In this document: one piece after another, positions 24,931 to 37,989 of the stretch | Layout: the number at the start of each line of letters is the position of its first letter | How positions within the stretch are numbered: position 1 is the stretch's first letter | From: Camelus ferus | Lineage: Eukaryota | Assembly: GCF_009834535.1 (NCBI RefSeq) | Contig: NC_045696.1 | Coordinates: 20,400,001 to 20,464,000 of the forward strand | Reading direction: 5' to 3' | Length of the DNA stretch: 64,000 bases | Made by a program: the position numbers and the translations under genes | Notes under the pieces: model-generated | What the model was told of the DNA's origin: nothing | Databases searched by the model: none | What the model saw: the letters and a program-made list of their open reading frames with translations, nothing else

Positions 24931-26449
24931 ATTGCTGTAAACATCCTAGATACTTATTCCAAATATTCTCCAATATATCAGGAGTTAACATTTTGAAAGT
25001 ATGTTTGAGTCATACAGAAGTAAGCAGATGCCCTTTATTCTCTACTGAAAATGAAACTAACCCATTTCTTTTCAAATATTATAGTTCTTTTAGTCATAGG
25101 GCACATTGTATCCTAAATTTAGTTTCACCATAATTGATATACAAACAAAACAAAACAGACAAACCCAGAAAAAGAAAAGCTGTTTTAATTTAATAAAAGC
25201 CCAGGCATGGAAGCTCTCTACACGTTTGTAATGACTCAGCAGAATACTGAGGCATTTGAAATGAATATAAAATTCTATCTTTGATATACACAACCTGATG
25301 CGTAAGGCAGGCAAAGTACCCTGCAGTGCAGGCGATGAGGTGTTGCACTGCAAGAAATCTGTCTAAATATGAGAGTTAAGTTTTTGAAAATTATTCATGA
25401 ACGGATAGGAGATGAAATCATGAGAGAAGAAATCCCTCACCAGCAAGGATATAGTGACAAAGTGAATCCAGCCTAGTTATATGGCATATTTTCATAAAAT
25501 GAGTGGAAAGGAAAACACTGAAGTTGAAAATTGGAGGACGACAGATTACAATGTTTAAATTTCTTTTTTTTTAATTCTTAATAAAGAAATTTTGACCCTG
25601 AATTTCAAAAACGTGCATATAAATAAATCCACACAGGTGTTTGGATAAATACTGTGTAAGTATAGCTTTATTTTATTGTCTTAACAGCTTTTACCTACAG
25701 CCTTGTACTCTTTCCTATAGCCTTGTACTCTTACACAAGTGAAAAGAAGTCGTAATGTGAATGGTATCAATATCTATATCTATGTATTAAGTATATGTCT
25801 CTTATCTCCCTCTGATGATTCCTTATGGGAAAAAAAAGTAAAATATTACACAGAGAAAGAAGCAAAGGAAATAGTTGTTGTTACAGAAATTTTGACACAT
25901 GCTTAGAAAATGAGAAGCAGATGGAAACTTAAGTGCTACATCAAAGACAGCGGAAGGAGTCGTTGTCCAATGCACACATAGGAAAAGGTTGCAGTAGCAC
26001 TGTTTGCTCCAGGAGCAGCCCAGAGAAGCTCAAAGGTTGGAACAGAGAGGAGGGAGAGATGCAATGCGTAACAGAGAATGGTATTAACGGAAGGTTACGT
26101 CAACGGCTGAAATGTTGCCAGTTACTCTTCCCCACCTTTTAATTTCACCCACAGGTTGTGATCATTGGCAGTGCAGCATGACTGCTAGAGCAATGCTTTC
26201 AAAAAGTGGGATGATCTGTTTAGAAAGGACTAGATATTCTAGCATAGTTTTAATAAGGCCAAAGTAAATCCACCATCTGCCTTTTTGAATTTTTGGTTGA
26301 TTCTAGAAGTCATCATTGTGAACATGGCCCTAATATTAGTCTTGCTACTGGAAACACCATTCCTACAAACACAAAATATCAAACTGCCTCTCAAATTCAG
26401 AAGAAAGAACTATCACAAAAGATTTTATGTATGTATATATGTTTGTATT

Positions 26450-26602
26450 TTCCCAGCAAACCTGTAATCATTCAGAAAATAGTTAGAATATGGTTAAGAG
26501 GTCCTTGAGCCAGAAATTCTAATCTATTGGGTCCTGTTATCCATTAAAAACTCCCCTGATGAATGATTTTAATAAACAGTCACAGTTAAGAACAATATCT
26601 AT
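26450..26602. mobile_element. MER5-like hAT-Charlie relic
   Basis: CCAGAAATTCTAATCTATTGGGTC...AAAAACTCCCCTGATGA...GTTAAGAACAAT resembles MER5A/B. Confidence 0.45.
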
Positions 26603-27059
26603 AATTATGAACACATAACTAATAATCACCAGGTATAGTGAAAGATTTTTAGAACATAAAGCATAAAGAATACGTACATGTCTGTATATATAGATTTTCA
26701 TTAAACGGACATCAAATTTTCCTTATGTAGTAAGTGTTAGAAACAAGGGAACAGTATTAGAAGGAGAAATAAAATAGAATAGAGATTTTATACCAAATAA
26801 ATGCAAATCAAATATAAGATTAGACAAAATTTACATAGGCAAATACTTCATTTAGAAATTTTGAAAAACATTATCTGTGGGTGTATGTTACCAACATGAA
26901 AATTAACTCCAGTAAATAGACATACAACAGAGATGATAAACAGTAGGCCGAAACTGGGAACACACTGCAAAGAAAATATACACCTTGAGAAGTGAAACTC
27001 TTTCCACACATTTGGCCTGAACACAGAGGACTGAAACTACCTACACCCATTTACCTATA

Positions 27060-27451
27060 GTTATCAGTCTTCTAGGATTACTGTAACAAATACCATTGTT
27101 GGGGTGGCTTAAACAATTGAAACTCAGAGTAGGAAGGTTGAGTACAGACTTCACTGAGAAGTTTCAGAGACTAGAAGTCTGAAATAATGGTGTCAGCAGG
27201 ATTGATATCATTCTGAGACCCCTCTCCCTGGTTTATAGATAGCTGACTTCTCCATTTCTTCATGTGATCTTTATCTTATGTGTGAACATATCTGTATCCA
27301 AATTTCCTGTTCTTAAAAGGACACTTGCTAGACTGGACTAGGATCCATTTGACTTCATTTTACCTTAATCACCTATGTAAAGGCCATATCTCTGAGATAA
27401 TGGGGGTCAGGATTTCAACATATGAATTTTAGTGGGATTCAGCCCATAATA
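27060..27451 (-). mobile_element. MaLR solo LTR, MLT1B-like
   Basis: CTGTAACAAATACCA...GGGTGGCTTAAACAA...GGTGTCAGCAGG...TTTTACCTTAATCACC...TTCAACATATGAATTTT...TTCAGCCCATAATA. Confidence 0.85.
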
Positions 27452-27499
27452 TCATAATAACATTGATTTAGCTATTTCACTGTCTTTATTAACATCACT

Positions 27500-28456
27500 G
27501 TACTTCTCTGGGAGTCTGTAGCCCCAGCAGATGATTTGATTATTCATTATGAAACTTCCTGAAAGATCCATCAATTCTTTAATGGAAAGCATAAACAGAC
27601 TGCTTGTATCCTAAGATTCCTTGGATATCCTGTCTCAAAATCCTCACATTGCATTTTCCACCAATCCAAGAGTACTATATCATGATTCTTACCCAATTCT
27701 AATCAAGCTTACCAGTATTGGAAGTGTTACCTTAAACCAAATCTCCAATTACCCATAAATTCTGATCTTGCCTCTCACTCCAAGACGCTGTCCAAGCTCT
27801 ACAGAAACATTGCTCTCCGTACCTTGGTGAGCAATAAAGTCAGTTTTCTCTTATCAACAGTTTGTGTTGCTGATAATTTGAAGATCATGGGAGAGGAAAA
27901 ACTTAACTTTTTCCCTCTATTTTCCTAGGTTCTCTGGCTGGGGCTTTGCAAATTAGATTGACAAAAGACAGATTAACAAGAGAAGGACAGAGTTTGTTAA
28001 TATCTACAGCATCTGTCACACAAGAGAAACCTTAGTGATGAATAACTAAAAGCAGGGGTTAGAAACTGAGTCTAAAAAGCACCTTGAAAAAAGAACAATA
28101 CATTTATAGAGAAGTGGCCTGGCAACGTAAAAGGAGTTTAGGCTTTTAAGGGTGGCAAGTTGTGGGAGGGTAAATATATGGGTACATTAACGAAGTGAGG
28201 TTTGTTTGTACAGGTCCATCTCAGTGCCTCCTTTGTCTTCTTCATGGTTGTAAAACTTCCCCAAGAGAGGAGATTTATAGCATTCCTAATTTATTAGAAG
28301 TTTCTACTTTATTGAGGTATGGGAAGCTCTGGGAAGGCTTCAGATTCCTGCATCTGTTGATTCTCATCTGACTCCAGCTCAAAATAATCCCTCCTGCCAA
28401 AGGGGCATATTTTCTGGTGCCATACTCCGAACACCTTCACGATCCAACATTCTACA
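27500..28456 (+). mobile_element. Old LTR, MER110-like, split near its 3' end by a MER34-like LTR
   Basis: ATCATGATTCTTACCCAATTCTAATCAAGC...GCAATAAAGTCAGTTTTCTCTTATCAACAGTTTGTGTTGCTGATAATTTG; the terminal GATCCAACATTCTACA resumes at 28441-28456. Confidence 0.6.
27888..28439 (-). mobile_element. ERV1 solo LTR, MER34-like
   Basis: Right end CAGCTCAAAATAATCCCTCCTGCCAAAGGGGCATATTTT...ACCTTCA is the reverse complement of the MER34 start; left end GGGAGAGGAAAAA matches the MER34 end. Confidence 0.82.
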
Positions 28457-28841
28457 ACATACAACATACAACACACATGTGGTATGAAATAAGATACTAA
28501 GTGTGTTTATTTATAAAATAGTAACACATATTTTTTATAGAAGTGAAAAAAGGTTATTGCATACTCTAGGTAAAACAAAATCTATCAAAGTCATGTTCCA
28601 ATTATGATGCAATCTGTGACATAAATTTTCAAGAGCAATTGTGTACTATGCATAGATAATTCATTTCAACTTGATGCCTCTCACATTCTTATTCAAATTG
28701 GACAGTTTTAATGACTTCAAAATATATCATCCATTCCTTCCTATCAATCTTCTTGGAGGATAATAAGATTTATATAATCATAAATTTGTAAGCACTGTGC
28801 ATTGGATTTTAATTTTTAGAATCAACTTGTAGACAGACAAC

Positions 28842-29267
28842 TGTGAGGGAAATAAAATATCCTACCAACAGAAAGAGTTCTCCATACCAATATGGAAGGG
28901 AGAAAATACAATTTATTATTGAGTATGAAATCAGATTACACTTAGAGACTACAAAGTCTGGACAAAATTTCTCACAAGTTTATATACTAATATAGAAAGA
29001 AAGATTAACTGAAACTTTTCTTATCTCCTTAAGAGACAAATGGTTGCATGTTTTGATAGTCTCTTATAAAACTGGTGAGAGATTCCTAATAAATTTCAGA
29101 GTATGTGTTTATAATCCCAACAGTCAGAGACCTACGATCTTGGAGTGTAGTTTAAAAATTGAACTTATAATTGAGCCTATTATATTTTCAAAGAACATTC
29201 TAGTAAGGGGAAGGGCAGCAGCCTCCCTCCATTAGACAAAGACAATTTCATTTTACTTATACTTACA
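28842..29267 (-). mobile_element. ERV1-class solo LTR (family not assigned)
   Basis: TG...CA ends with 4-bp TSD CAAC at 28838-28841 and 29268-29271. Minus-strand TATA (TTTATA, ~28980) and AATAAA (TTTATT, ~28912) are in the expected order. Confidence 0.72.
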
Positions 29268-31568
29268 CAACTCATCAGAACCTATCATCTCAAAATGTAA
29301 GTGTTATAGACTGAAAACCTACAGAAAATAAAATCATTGCCTGTAAGCTGGAAGATAAAACTATTTGGAAATAGACGAGAGTGTAGAAGCACTTATTTTA
29401 CATTGTGATAATGAGATACTGTCTAAAAGTGACAGATTAAGCAATATGAAAACAACAGAAGTATGTAATGTATTTCGGGGGTTAGTTTAAGAAAGACCAC
29501 TATTTGAGTTTGATAACCTGAGATATTAGCATACTGTTAAGAATGCAGAGGTGACTACCAACAGAATTAAGAAGAGACAGTAATAAGAGCATGCATCTTA
29601 CTCAACATTCTAATGTACAGTAGAGCAGGAGAAAGAAAGCATAGTCAAGCATTGGGGGCCAGAAAGACTTCCAAGAGCAGCTCTCCAAAGTCCTTTCTTT
29701 AGTTATGTAGAATTCGCTTTGTCTCTGGAGAAGACCACTGATACATGTGTAAAGAATCTTGATTTGGGGAGATGTCCCACCAAAGTTTCCCATTGGGATG
29801 TTTACATCCTTCACCATGTGGCCAAACCAGACTCTCTAAACGGTTATACCAGCTGTGAGCTACCAATAAGCAAGATTGCCCCAGGTGCCACAAGGGAAGT
29901 TTTCAATATTAAACAGCTTATTATAAATTATTAGCTATGAGACTTATCTTACCATAACCAGGAGACAGAACAAAACATCCAGGCTTACCAGGAGATAAAT
30001 AAGCAGAGAGCTGTTCCTGTCTAGTTAAAAAGTAAATTTATCTTACACTGGGATAAACTAAGAAGTGAAGTGAAATATTTATACTTACAATTTTTATTTA
30101 CTTTTTTGAATTTGACCAATAGCAATGCTCAAATTTTAATATATGAGAGAGATGCATACCATTTATTAAAGCAGGTTAGCTTATTTTTGCTCTAACATTT
30201 GAGTAAGTCTGCAGAAGCAGGACCAGCTCATAGAATTCCATTTAAGATATGCTGACCAAAAAATATTATAATAAAATCCTTATACTAATACATGATCTTT
30301 TGATTAATATTCATCAATGAAGTTATTTTTACTGCTGCCACAGTAAATTTCAATTGCTTGCTCTTTGAGAATAAAAATGAAAATTTAAAAATCAATGTAC
30401 ATCTGGTTTAGTTTTTCTATCTACCCAAAATAGCAGAAATAATGGTGTGAGTGTTCAAGTTGAATTTTATAAATTCTGTTTTGTACAAAGTTCAACAGTC
30501 ATGAAGCATATATAATTCTAATTTACTTATTAATGTATAATTCTAAAGTTGTGTAAAATTTCATTAATAAAATTGAGTCAGTGGCAGCTGAACTCATTTG
30601 GTAGAAAATAAATTCCTCTTCTACATTTTTATAATGAAAAAACTAACTAAACTATTTTTCCAGTAGTTTGGTCAGATTTGTTTCACTTTTTTTTTTCCCG
30701 TTTCCTTACTTTAGCTTTACACATATTTGTTGTATTTTTTTTACTATATTAAGTCCAAAATAAGACATCATCTTAGAAATTCTTATAGCCTTTTTACTTC
30801 CCTCATATAAACAATTACTACTCTTCATTAAAGATGTATAAGGGCATTTAAAAAATATTTCCCTTGTATTTTCCTTTCTGGGTAATACAGACTTTTACTC
30901 CACCACCATTCACAATGCAGATAAAGTAATGGAGCTACAGTGGGAGAGAAAATAATAGATTCCCATCAGACAGAAATGAGCAGAAGGCCCTTCGAGTACC
31001 AGGTAGAACAGAAGCAGACAAAGGAATTGAAGACAAGGGATAAATATCTTAATTGCTCCATATCATTTCCCTTCCAAATGTACACACTCACCCAGAGATT
31101 TCTGTCAACACTCTGCTTTTGGGCGATGGGAGTGTGTTTCAGACATATCCAGGGGAGGCTGTGTAAATCCCACAGAAGGGGCTCTTTTTCCTTGACTCCA
31201 AGACCATAATCTTGGAAGTGTTCAAGGTCCTTAGAGACATTTGGTATCCAGTATGCCAACTACTGTCCTGCTAAAGCTCTACATTAGGGGGAAAAAAAAA
31301 AAAAGCTGTAACAAGAGTATTTAGGCAGGAGGTCTAGAGAACAACAGATAGATTCCTACTCACACCAACCTGGGGAGAAAAAAGAAGCCCATAAGTGCCA
31401 AGGGTACCCTGGTTTTAAAATGTTCTCAGAGAACAGATGTAACAATAGTGCCTGATGTATTTTTAAAAAAAAAGTGGATCTCAAATAGCATCTAAAGTAG
31501 AGGTCTCAGTATTAGTACTAATATTAGTATTTATCAGAGGTCTTTTTTAAGTATTAGCTGCAGTTCAA

Positions 31569-31667
31569 TCTCTCTCTCTCTCTCTCCCTCTCTCTCTCTC
31601 TCTGTCTGTCTCTCTGTCTCTCTGTCTCTCTCTGTCTCTCTCTCATACACACACACACACACACACA
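31569..31667. repeat. Compound (TC)n/(TCTG)/(CA)n microsatellite
   Basis: Directly visible. Confidence 0.97.
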
Positions 31668-32343
31668 GAGGCAGGACCGGACAGGTGTCAGCTCATTCTA
31701 GCATGTGATGGCCAGTCACTAGACAGGCTGAAGTACACCTGCTTGGAGTCCAGTACAAGAACTGTAAGATGGGCAGGCATCTCTCCTCCCTTACACCAGC
31801 ATGATCCATAACTTTCTCAAGAGAGAGGGTAAAGGGGAACCCATAGATGACTCAATGAAAGCCTTGAAATGATTATTGGAAAGAAACAAAGTACAAGTGA
31901 AAAAGTAATATTAAAATAGAAGAGACAAAGATGGGCAATACTGTTGTTGCATTTTGCTTGTGTGTAGGAAGACACAATATTAAAGTTTAAGATTCTAGCC
32001 CAGGGCTCTAGTCTTTAAGGTTCTATTCTTCTGGAAGATGGAGAAAGGACCGGCCACACACTTTGTTAGGGAGAGTAAAGTATTTTTGCCCACAGCTGTG
32101 GTTCATGTAGTACAAGTTAAGTAAGAACATTTTCTTAGGAAAGAAAGAGAAGGGTCAACATAGAAACAGGAATAAATAATTTAGATGTAGAGATAATACT
32201 GGCTGATTAGTAAGCCAGAAAGATGTAAGAACAAGAAAAAGGTTGAAATTGGTGAGTGAAATGAAACAACATTCAAAGTCAGGTTCTAAGACCTATCAGC
32301 ACTATAAATAACATGGGTAGGAGAAGCCTATTTAAAGAATATG

Positions 32344-33069
32344 TTAGTGGGAAAGGAGTGTAGCATGGCCATTATGGAAAACAGTATGGAGATTCCTTAA
32401 GAAAATAAAAATAGATTTACCATATGATCCAGCAATCCCAATCCTGGGCATATATCAAGAGGGAACTCTAATTTGAAAAGATACATGCACCCCAGTGTTC
32501 ACAGTAGTGCTATTTACAATAGCCAAGACATGGAAGCAACCTAAATGTCCAGAGACAGATGACTGGATAAGGAAGTTGTGGTATAATTATACAATGGAAT
32601 ACTATTCAGCCATAAAAAGAATAAAACAGTGTCATTTGCAGCAACATGAATGGACCTGGAGATCATCAGCCTAAGTGAAATAAGCCAGAAAGAGAAAGAA
32701 AAATACCGTGTGATATCACTCACATGTGGAATCGTAAAAAAAAAAGAAGACATTAATGAACTTACCTACAAAACAGAAATAAGACTCACAGACATAGAAA
32801 ACAAACTTATCGTTACCAGAGGGAAAGAGGTAGGAAGGATAAATTGGGAATTCGAGATTTGCAGATACTAACTACTATATATAAAATAGATAAACAACAA
32901 GATTCTTCTGTATGTCACTGGGAACTATACTCAATATCTTATAGTAACCTATAATGAAAATGAAAAAATATGAAAAGGAATATATTTGTGTACATGTATG
33001 ATTACAACATTATGCTGTACATCAGAAACTGACATATTATAAACTGACTATACTTAAACTAATAAAAAA
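32344..33069 (+). mobile_element. 5'-truncated L1 3' end (ORF2 C-terminus and 3'UTR), followed by a 3' transduction
   Basis: ORF 32650-32871 (MDLEIISLSEISQKEKEKYRVISLTCGI) is the L1 ORF2 C-terminus. 3'UTR ends AATAAAAAAG at ~33069. TSD TTAAAGAATATG at 32332-32343 and 33223-33234. Confidence 0.92.
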
Positions 33070-33429
33070 GCTCTGAAATTTTAAAAATGGAGGTATAAAT
33101 AATATCTAGTACAATGGGACACTGCATTGTATTTAAGAATAATACTTAGGGGTATGAAAATGCTTGTGGATTTACTGCTAAGAGAATAAAGCATTAATTT
33201 CTAAAAATAAAAAATAAAAAAATTAAAGAATATGGACCAAATTCTATTACCGATTTTTTCCATGTTTCTCAATACAGTATTCATTTCTCTATGAATGTGG
33301 AGTGTGCATTTTAACTCTATTGTCAAAACCTAAACTTTCTTCTTACCTTCAACTCCTGTATTATAATCTGCTCTTTGTTTCATCTTTTTTCTCTTGATTA
33401 ACAGTAAAACCATCTGCTCAGCTATCCCA

Positions 33430-34135
33430 ATTATAGAAAATCATAATATAGATCAACAGAATATATCCAGATTGAAGTGCAAAGGGAAAGAATAAATAGA
33501 AATAGAACTGCCAAGAAGAGTGCAAGGAAAATTTGGGGCATGATAGAAAAAAAAAAAAAAAGTCTAGCATTTGAGTATTTGAAATTCCAGGAGGAAAACT
33601 GAGTAACAATGAAACATGTGCAATATTTGAAAAAACATACTGACTAATGTTTTTTCCTAAACTGATGAAACATATAATGCCACAAATTTAAGAAACTGAA
33701 TAATTCAAAGGGGGAGGAGAGACAAAGAAACATCATCTAAGCACATGACAGTAAAAATGCTTAAAAACTAAAGACAAGAATAAAATCTAAATACAACCGG
33801 AGAAAAATACACATCTTTTAAAGAAGTAGCAGTAAGACTGACTCAGAGATGATATTTAAAATAGTGAAATTATATACAAGTGAATGTTATCTGAAGTATT
33901 GAAGAAAAATAACTGTTAAGGTATAGACCTACATTTTGTCTTCTTTAAATATAAAGACTAAATACACTTTTTTATTTAAAAAACAAACTGAGAGAACGAT
34001 TCCTATCTGAATTACATTAATAGATGAGCTTTAAAAAAGAAGTCAAATAATCCTAAATATAAATTATTATTAACTTCTAAAAAATGCAACAATGTCCAGT
34101 ATTGTAAAATAGTTATATAATTAAAATGGATGACA
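33430..34135 (+). mobile_element. Old L1 ORF1 fragment (L1ME/MD-like)
   Basis: TTTTTCCTAAACTGATGAAACATATAATGCCACAAATTTAAGAA...CATCTAAGCACATGACAGTAAAAATGC are ORF1 remnants, followed by inter-ORF-like sequence. Confidence 0.65.
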
Positions 34136-37100
34136 TCCTAAATATTTACAAAATTAAGGCAAAATAAAAAATTTTTCAGGTCAACTAAGCTGAAAGAATG
34201 TGTTGCCAAGAGAGTGGTATTCACCTAATATTAAAGTAAAATCTACACAATAAAGAAAAATGGTACCAGAGAGAAACATTTTGATTTGGAAAAAATACAT
34301 AAAGAATTCCAGAAATATAGTATTTTGGGTAACTACAAAAATATTTTTTCTAATTTTTAATGTAAAAATTATTATCTATTTAAAGCAAAATTAATTAAAA
34401 TGGACCAGGAGATTGTAACATAGGTAGAAAAAAATGTATGACAAAAATAACACAAACAGTGGGAGAAGAAAATAGAAGCATTTTGTTAGAAGGTTCTTAA
34501 CTTGTGTCCAAGGTGGTATACTATTATTTCATGGCACACTGTGATAAGTCAAAGATTCATACTGCAAACACTAGAGCATCTGCTAAAAATAAAACATTAA
34601 AAGGAAAGCTAAAAGTTTATTAGGAAAGTTAAAATAGGATATTAAAATTACATAATGTAAAACAAAGCAGAAAGTGAGGGAAAAAAGAACAGAACAAACA
34701 GAATTCAAATAGTAAGATAAAATTGTTGAAATAATTGGTAACTGTATCTACTGCAAATAAATCTTCAATAAAAAGGCATAATTTGTAGGCAGAAAAAACA
34801 ACAAAATTCAGCTGTATTCAAGTGTATGTGTGTAATGAGTTGAACAGTCGTGCTGAAAAAAGGTACGTTCAAGTTCTACCCCTATAGGAAAATATAAACA
34901 AAAAGAAAATTAGAAATTAAGTTGAAGTGAATGATGATGAAAACAAAACACATCAAAATAAGTTTAACTCTGCTAAGCAGTACCAGAGGAAATAATAAAG
35001 CTTTAAATTCCTATATTAGTATAAGAAAAATGATCTAAAATAAATTATTAAAGGAACTAGAAAAAGAAGAGCAAATTAAACTCAGTATCAGTAGATGTTA
35101 GGAAATAATAAAGATAAGAATGGAAATAGAGAACTGAAAAACAACAGAAAAAGCCAATGGAAAGATTATAAAGATTGACTGATCTTTAGCTAGACAGTTC
35201 AAGAAAACAACTGGCAACAAAAAGAGAAGACAGAAATGACTAACATCAGAACAGAAAGAGGGAATAAGTTCATCAACATTTTTAGAAAACAAGTTTACAG
35301 CAGAATTGCAAATATGCATAAAATGGAGTCATTATTTTTTAAAAGTTGACAAAACTGTCTCTAGAAAATTTGAATAAATTTATATTTGTTAGAGAAATAC
35401 ATGGTTGGAAACATTTCCACAGCAGACAGTCCAAACCTGGATATTTTCACTGATGAGTTATAGCACACATTTGAAGAAGCAGTGTTACCAATTGTATAAT
35501 TTTTTAAATGATTGAGAGAGAATGCATCCCCAACTCATTTTTTGAGGAAACAATTATTCTGACACCAAAACCAAGAAAAGATATTAAAATAAGATAAACT
35601 TAAAAATGAGTATTTCACATGGACTTACATGCAAAAATATCAAATCTAAGTATATCAATATATGGAAAATATAACGTGAACAAATGATGTTTATCCTTGG
35701 AATGCAGGGTTTATTTAATATTAAAAGTACATCAATGTAAATCATCAGAACAACGAAGAGAAAACATCTGAATACATCTATAGATAACGGAAAACCATTT
35801 CAACAAATTTCAGCAATTTTCAATGCAAAAACTAGAACTAGAAGGAAACAATTGTAGCCTGAAAAAGAGCAACTGTAAAAAAAAAAAATCCTCATAGTTA
35901 ATACCACACTTCAAAAAATTTATATGCTATTCCCCTATGATCAAGAACAAAGTAAAAGAGCTAAGTCTCACCACCTCTCTCCAGTTTTGCACTAGAGGTC
36001 CTTTCCAGTGTAGTTACAAAATGAAATGAAATAAAAGGCATATGGGTTTGAATGCACATAAGTAATAAGTAAAGATGTCTTAAGGAGAAGACAACCTGAT
36101 TGTTGGGCTGACTATTCCACTAAAATTAATCTCTAACTTTCAAAGCATTTGTAATCACATATCTACAATTTTTTTTTGGTAGAAACTGACATACTGAATC
36201 CTTGTGTCCCCAAAATATGATAGTGCAAAATACTATGACTAGTCAAAAAAATCTTGCAAAATCAATAAATTTGAAATAACCACCTGATTTTAACATGTAC
36301 TTATTAAAATATGATAAGCAATTCAGTATAGTATTGGTGAAGATATAAACGTATAGATCATTGGAATAGAATAGGGATTCTAGAAACAGATTACACATAG
36401 ATATTCATTTATATTCAGCAAAGTTGCCAAGGTAAATCAATAGAGCAACAATAATATTTTCAATATTCAGTATTTCAAAATATTCAGTAATATTTTCCTT
36501 GAACTGGATATCCATATGTAAATAAAAAATTTTGACTTAAATGATACACACAAATTAAGTTGAAAATGATCATGGATATAGCACAAAAGCTAAAATTAGA
36601 AAACTGGAAAAAACACCTAGGGGAAAATATTGACAACCTGGAACTAAGCTAATATTTCTTAGATACAACAAACAGCATAAAACATGAAAGAAAACACTGA
36701 TTAATTGAAATTGATTAAATTTTAAACAGCTGTCCAACTAAAGATAATATTAAGAAAATTAGAAAAAAATTAAAGCTAAAGTCTAGGACAATATATTTGC
36801 AGTACTGATTCATCATACATAGAACTTTATTTTTAATATATAAAAAAATCTTTAGAACTCTACACTATGAAGAGAAACAAGCCATTGATTTTGAGAAGAG
36901 AGAAATCATATTTGACAGACACTTTACAAAGAAGATACAGGAATGGCCCATGAGCAGATGAAAAAAGTTCTCAGCATCATTAGGAAAATAAAAATAAAAT
37001 CATAAGAAGATAACAATGCATACCACAATTTTTAAAAGATTGACAATTTTTAAAAGATTCTAAGTGTTGACAAAGAACTCTCTTACACTGATGATAATAA

Positions 37101-37745
37101 TGTGTATTGTTACAATCTCTTTGGGAAAAGATCTACAAGTTTTTTCTAACATTATCTTATGGCCTACCAAATGAACCCCTCTAATATTAATTAGCCAACA
37201 GAAATGAAAATATATGTCCACCCAAAGACTTATATATCAATGTTCATAGTAGCTTTATTTATAATAGCTCCAAAGAGAAACAACTGAAATACCCTTCAAT
37301 AGGTGATTGGATGGACATACCACTCAGTAGTAACATTTATGTAATACTGAAACTTAGTGGCATAGGAGTGAATATAAAAAAAAAACAACTCATGCTAAGT
37401 GAAAAAAAACCAAAGAGCACATGCAGTATGATTTCATATATCTATATACCTATGCCTATGTATAGATCTCTATGCCTATCTCTAACTCTCTATCTCTCCA
37501 TCTCTCTATCAGACATACCTAATTTCCTCAATGGCCAAAACTAATCTACAGTGACAGCTGGCAAAATAATGGTTTGAGCCAGGGTTGGGGAGAGGATATT
37601 CACAGCAAACGGTCATGATGGAACATTCTGGAACTATGAAGTGCTTCTACATATTGATTATGGTCATGGTGCAAAGTGGTCATCAAAACTCATTGAACCG
37701 TAACTTAAAATGTATGCATTCTGAAATTAAATTGTTAATAATAAA
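34136..37745 (+). mobile_element. Old L1 (L1MC/MD-like): ORF1 end, deleted ORF2 and 3'UTR
   Basis: ORF2 remnants (GGAACTAGAAAAAGAAGAGCAAATTAAAC; TTTATCCTTGGAATGCAGGG; AATGTTCATAGTAGCTTTATTTATAATAGC) and 3'UTR (CAAAACTCATTGAAC...AATAAA). Confidence 0.85.
34831..34883 (+). mobile_element. 5' stump of an MLT1B/C-like LTR
   Basis: TGTAATGAGTTGAACAGTCG...AAAAAAGGTACGTTCAAGTTCTACCCC matches the first ~50 nt of MLT1B/C. Confidence 0.55.
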
Positions 37746-37989
37746 TTTGGTGTAAGTAAATCAGTTCAAGAATGCCAAAAATAGCATTTTTTAATAAACA
37801 AGAGTTGGAAATAATGTATCAGGGCATTGTTGAGAGCAGGCACCAAGGGGACTTCTTGAAAGAATCTAATTTTTACTTTTTATCTCACTTTTAAGAATTC
37901 ACCAAGCTACATAACTACGATTATTTCCTATTCTGAATCATTACACTTTAATAAATAAATTAATCAAATAAATACAGTCAAACATAAAA

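Noticed and set aside
24936..24955. miR-30-like sequence TGTAAACATCCTA (also its complement at ~29797)
   Set aside because: Only 11-13 nt match. The 3' half of the mature miRNA and a star arm are absent.
24681..25133. 150-aa ORF
   Set aside because: GTG start, lies largely in antisense L1 5'UTR-like sequence, and has no recognisable domain.
25691..25732. 20-bp tandem duplication (similar ones at 37025-37059 and 60498-60521)
   Set aside because: Ordinary two-copy slippage duplications with no indication of function.
31510..31523. Perfect 14-bp palindrome TATTAGTACTAATA
   Set aside because: AT-rich and short; plausible by chance in this composition.
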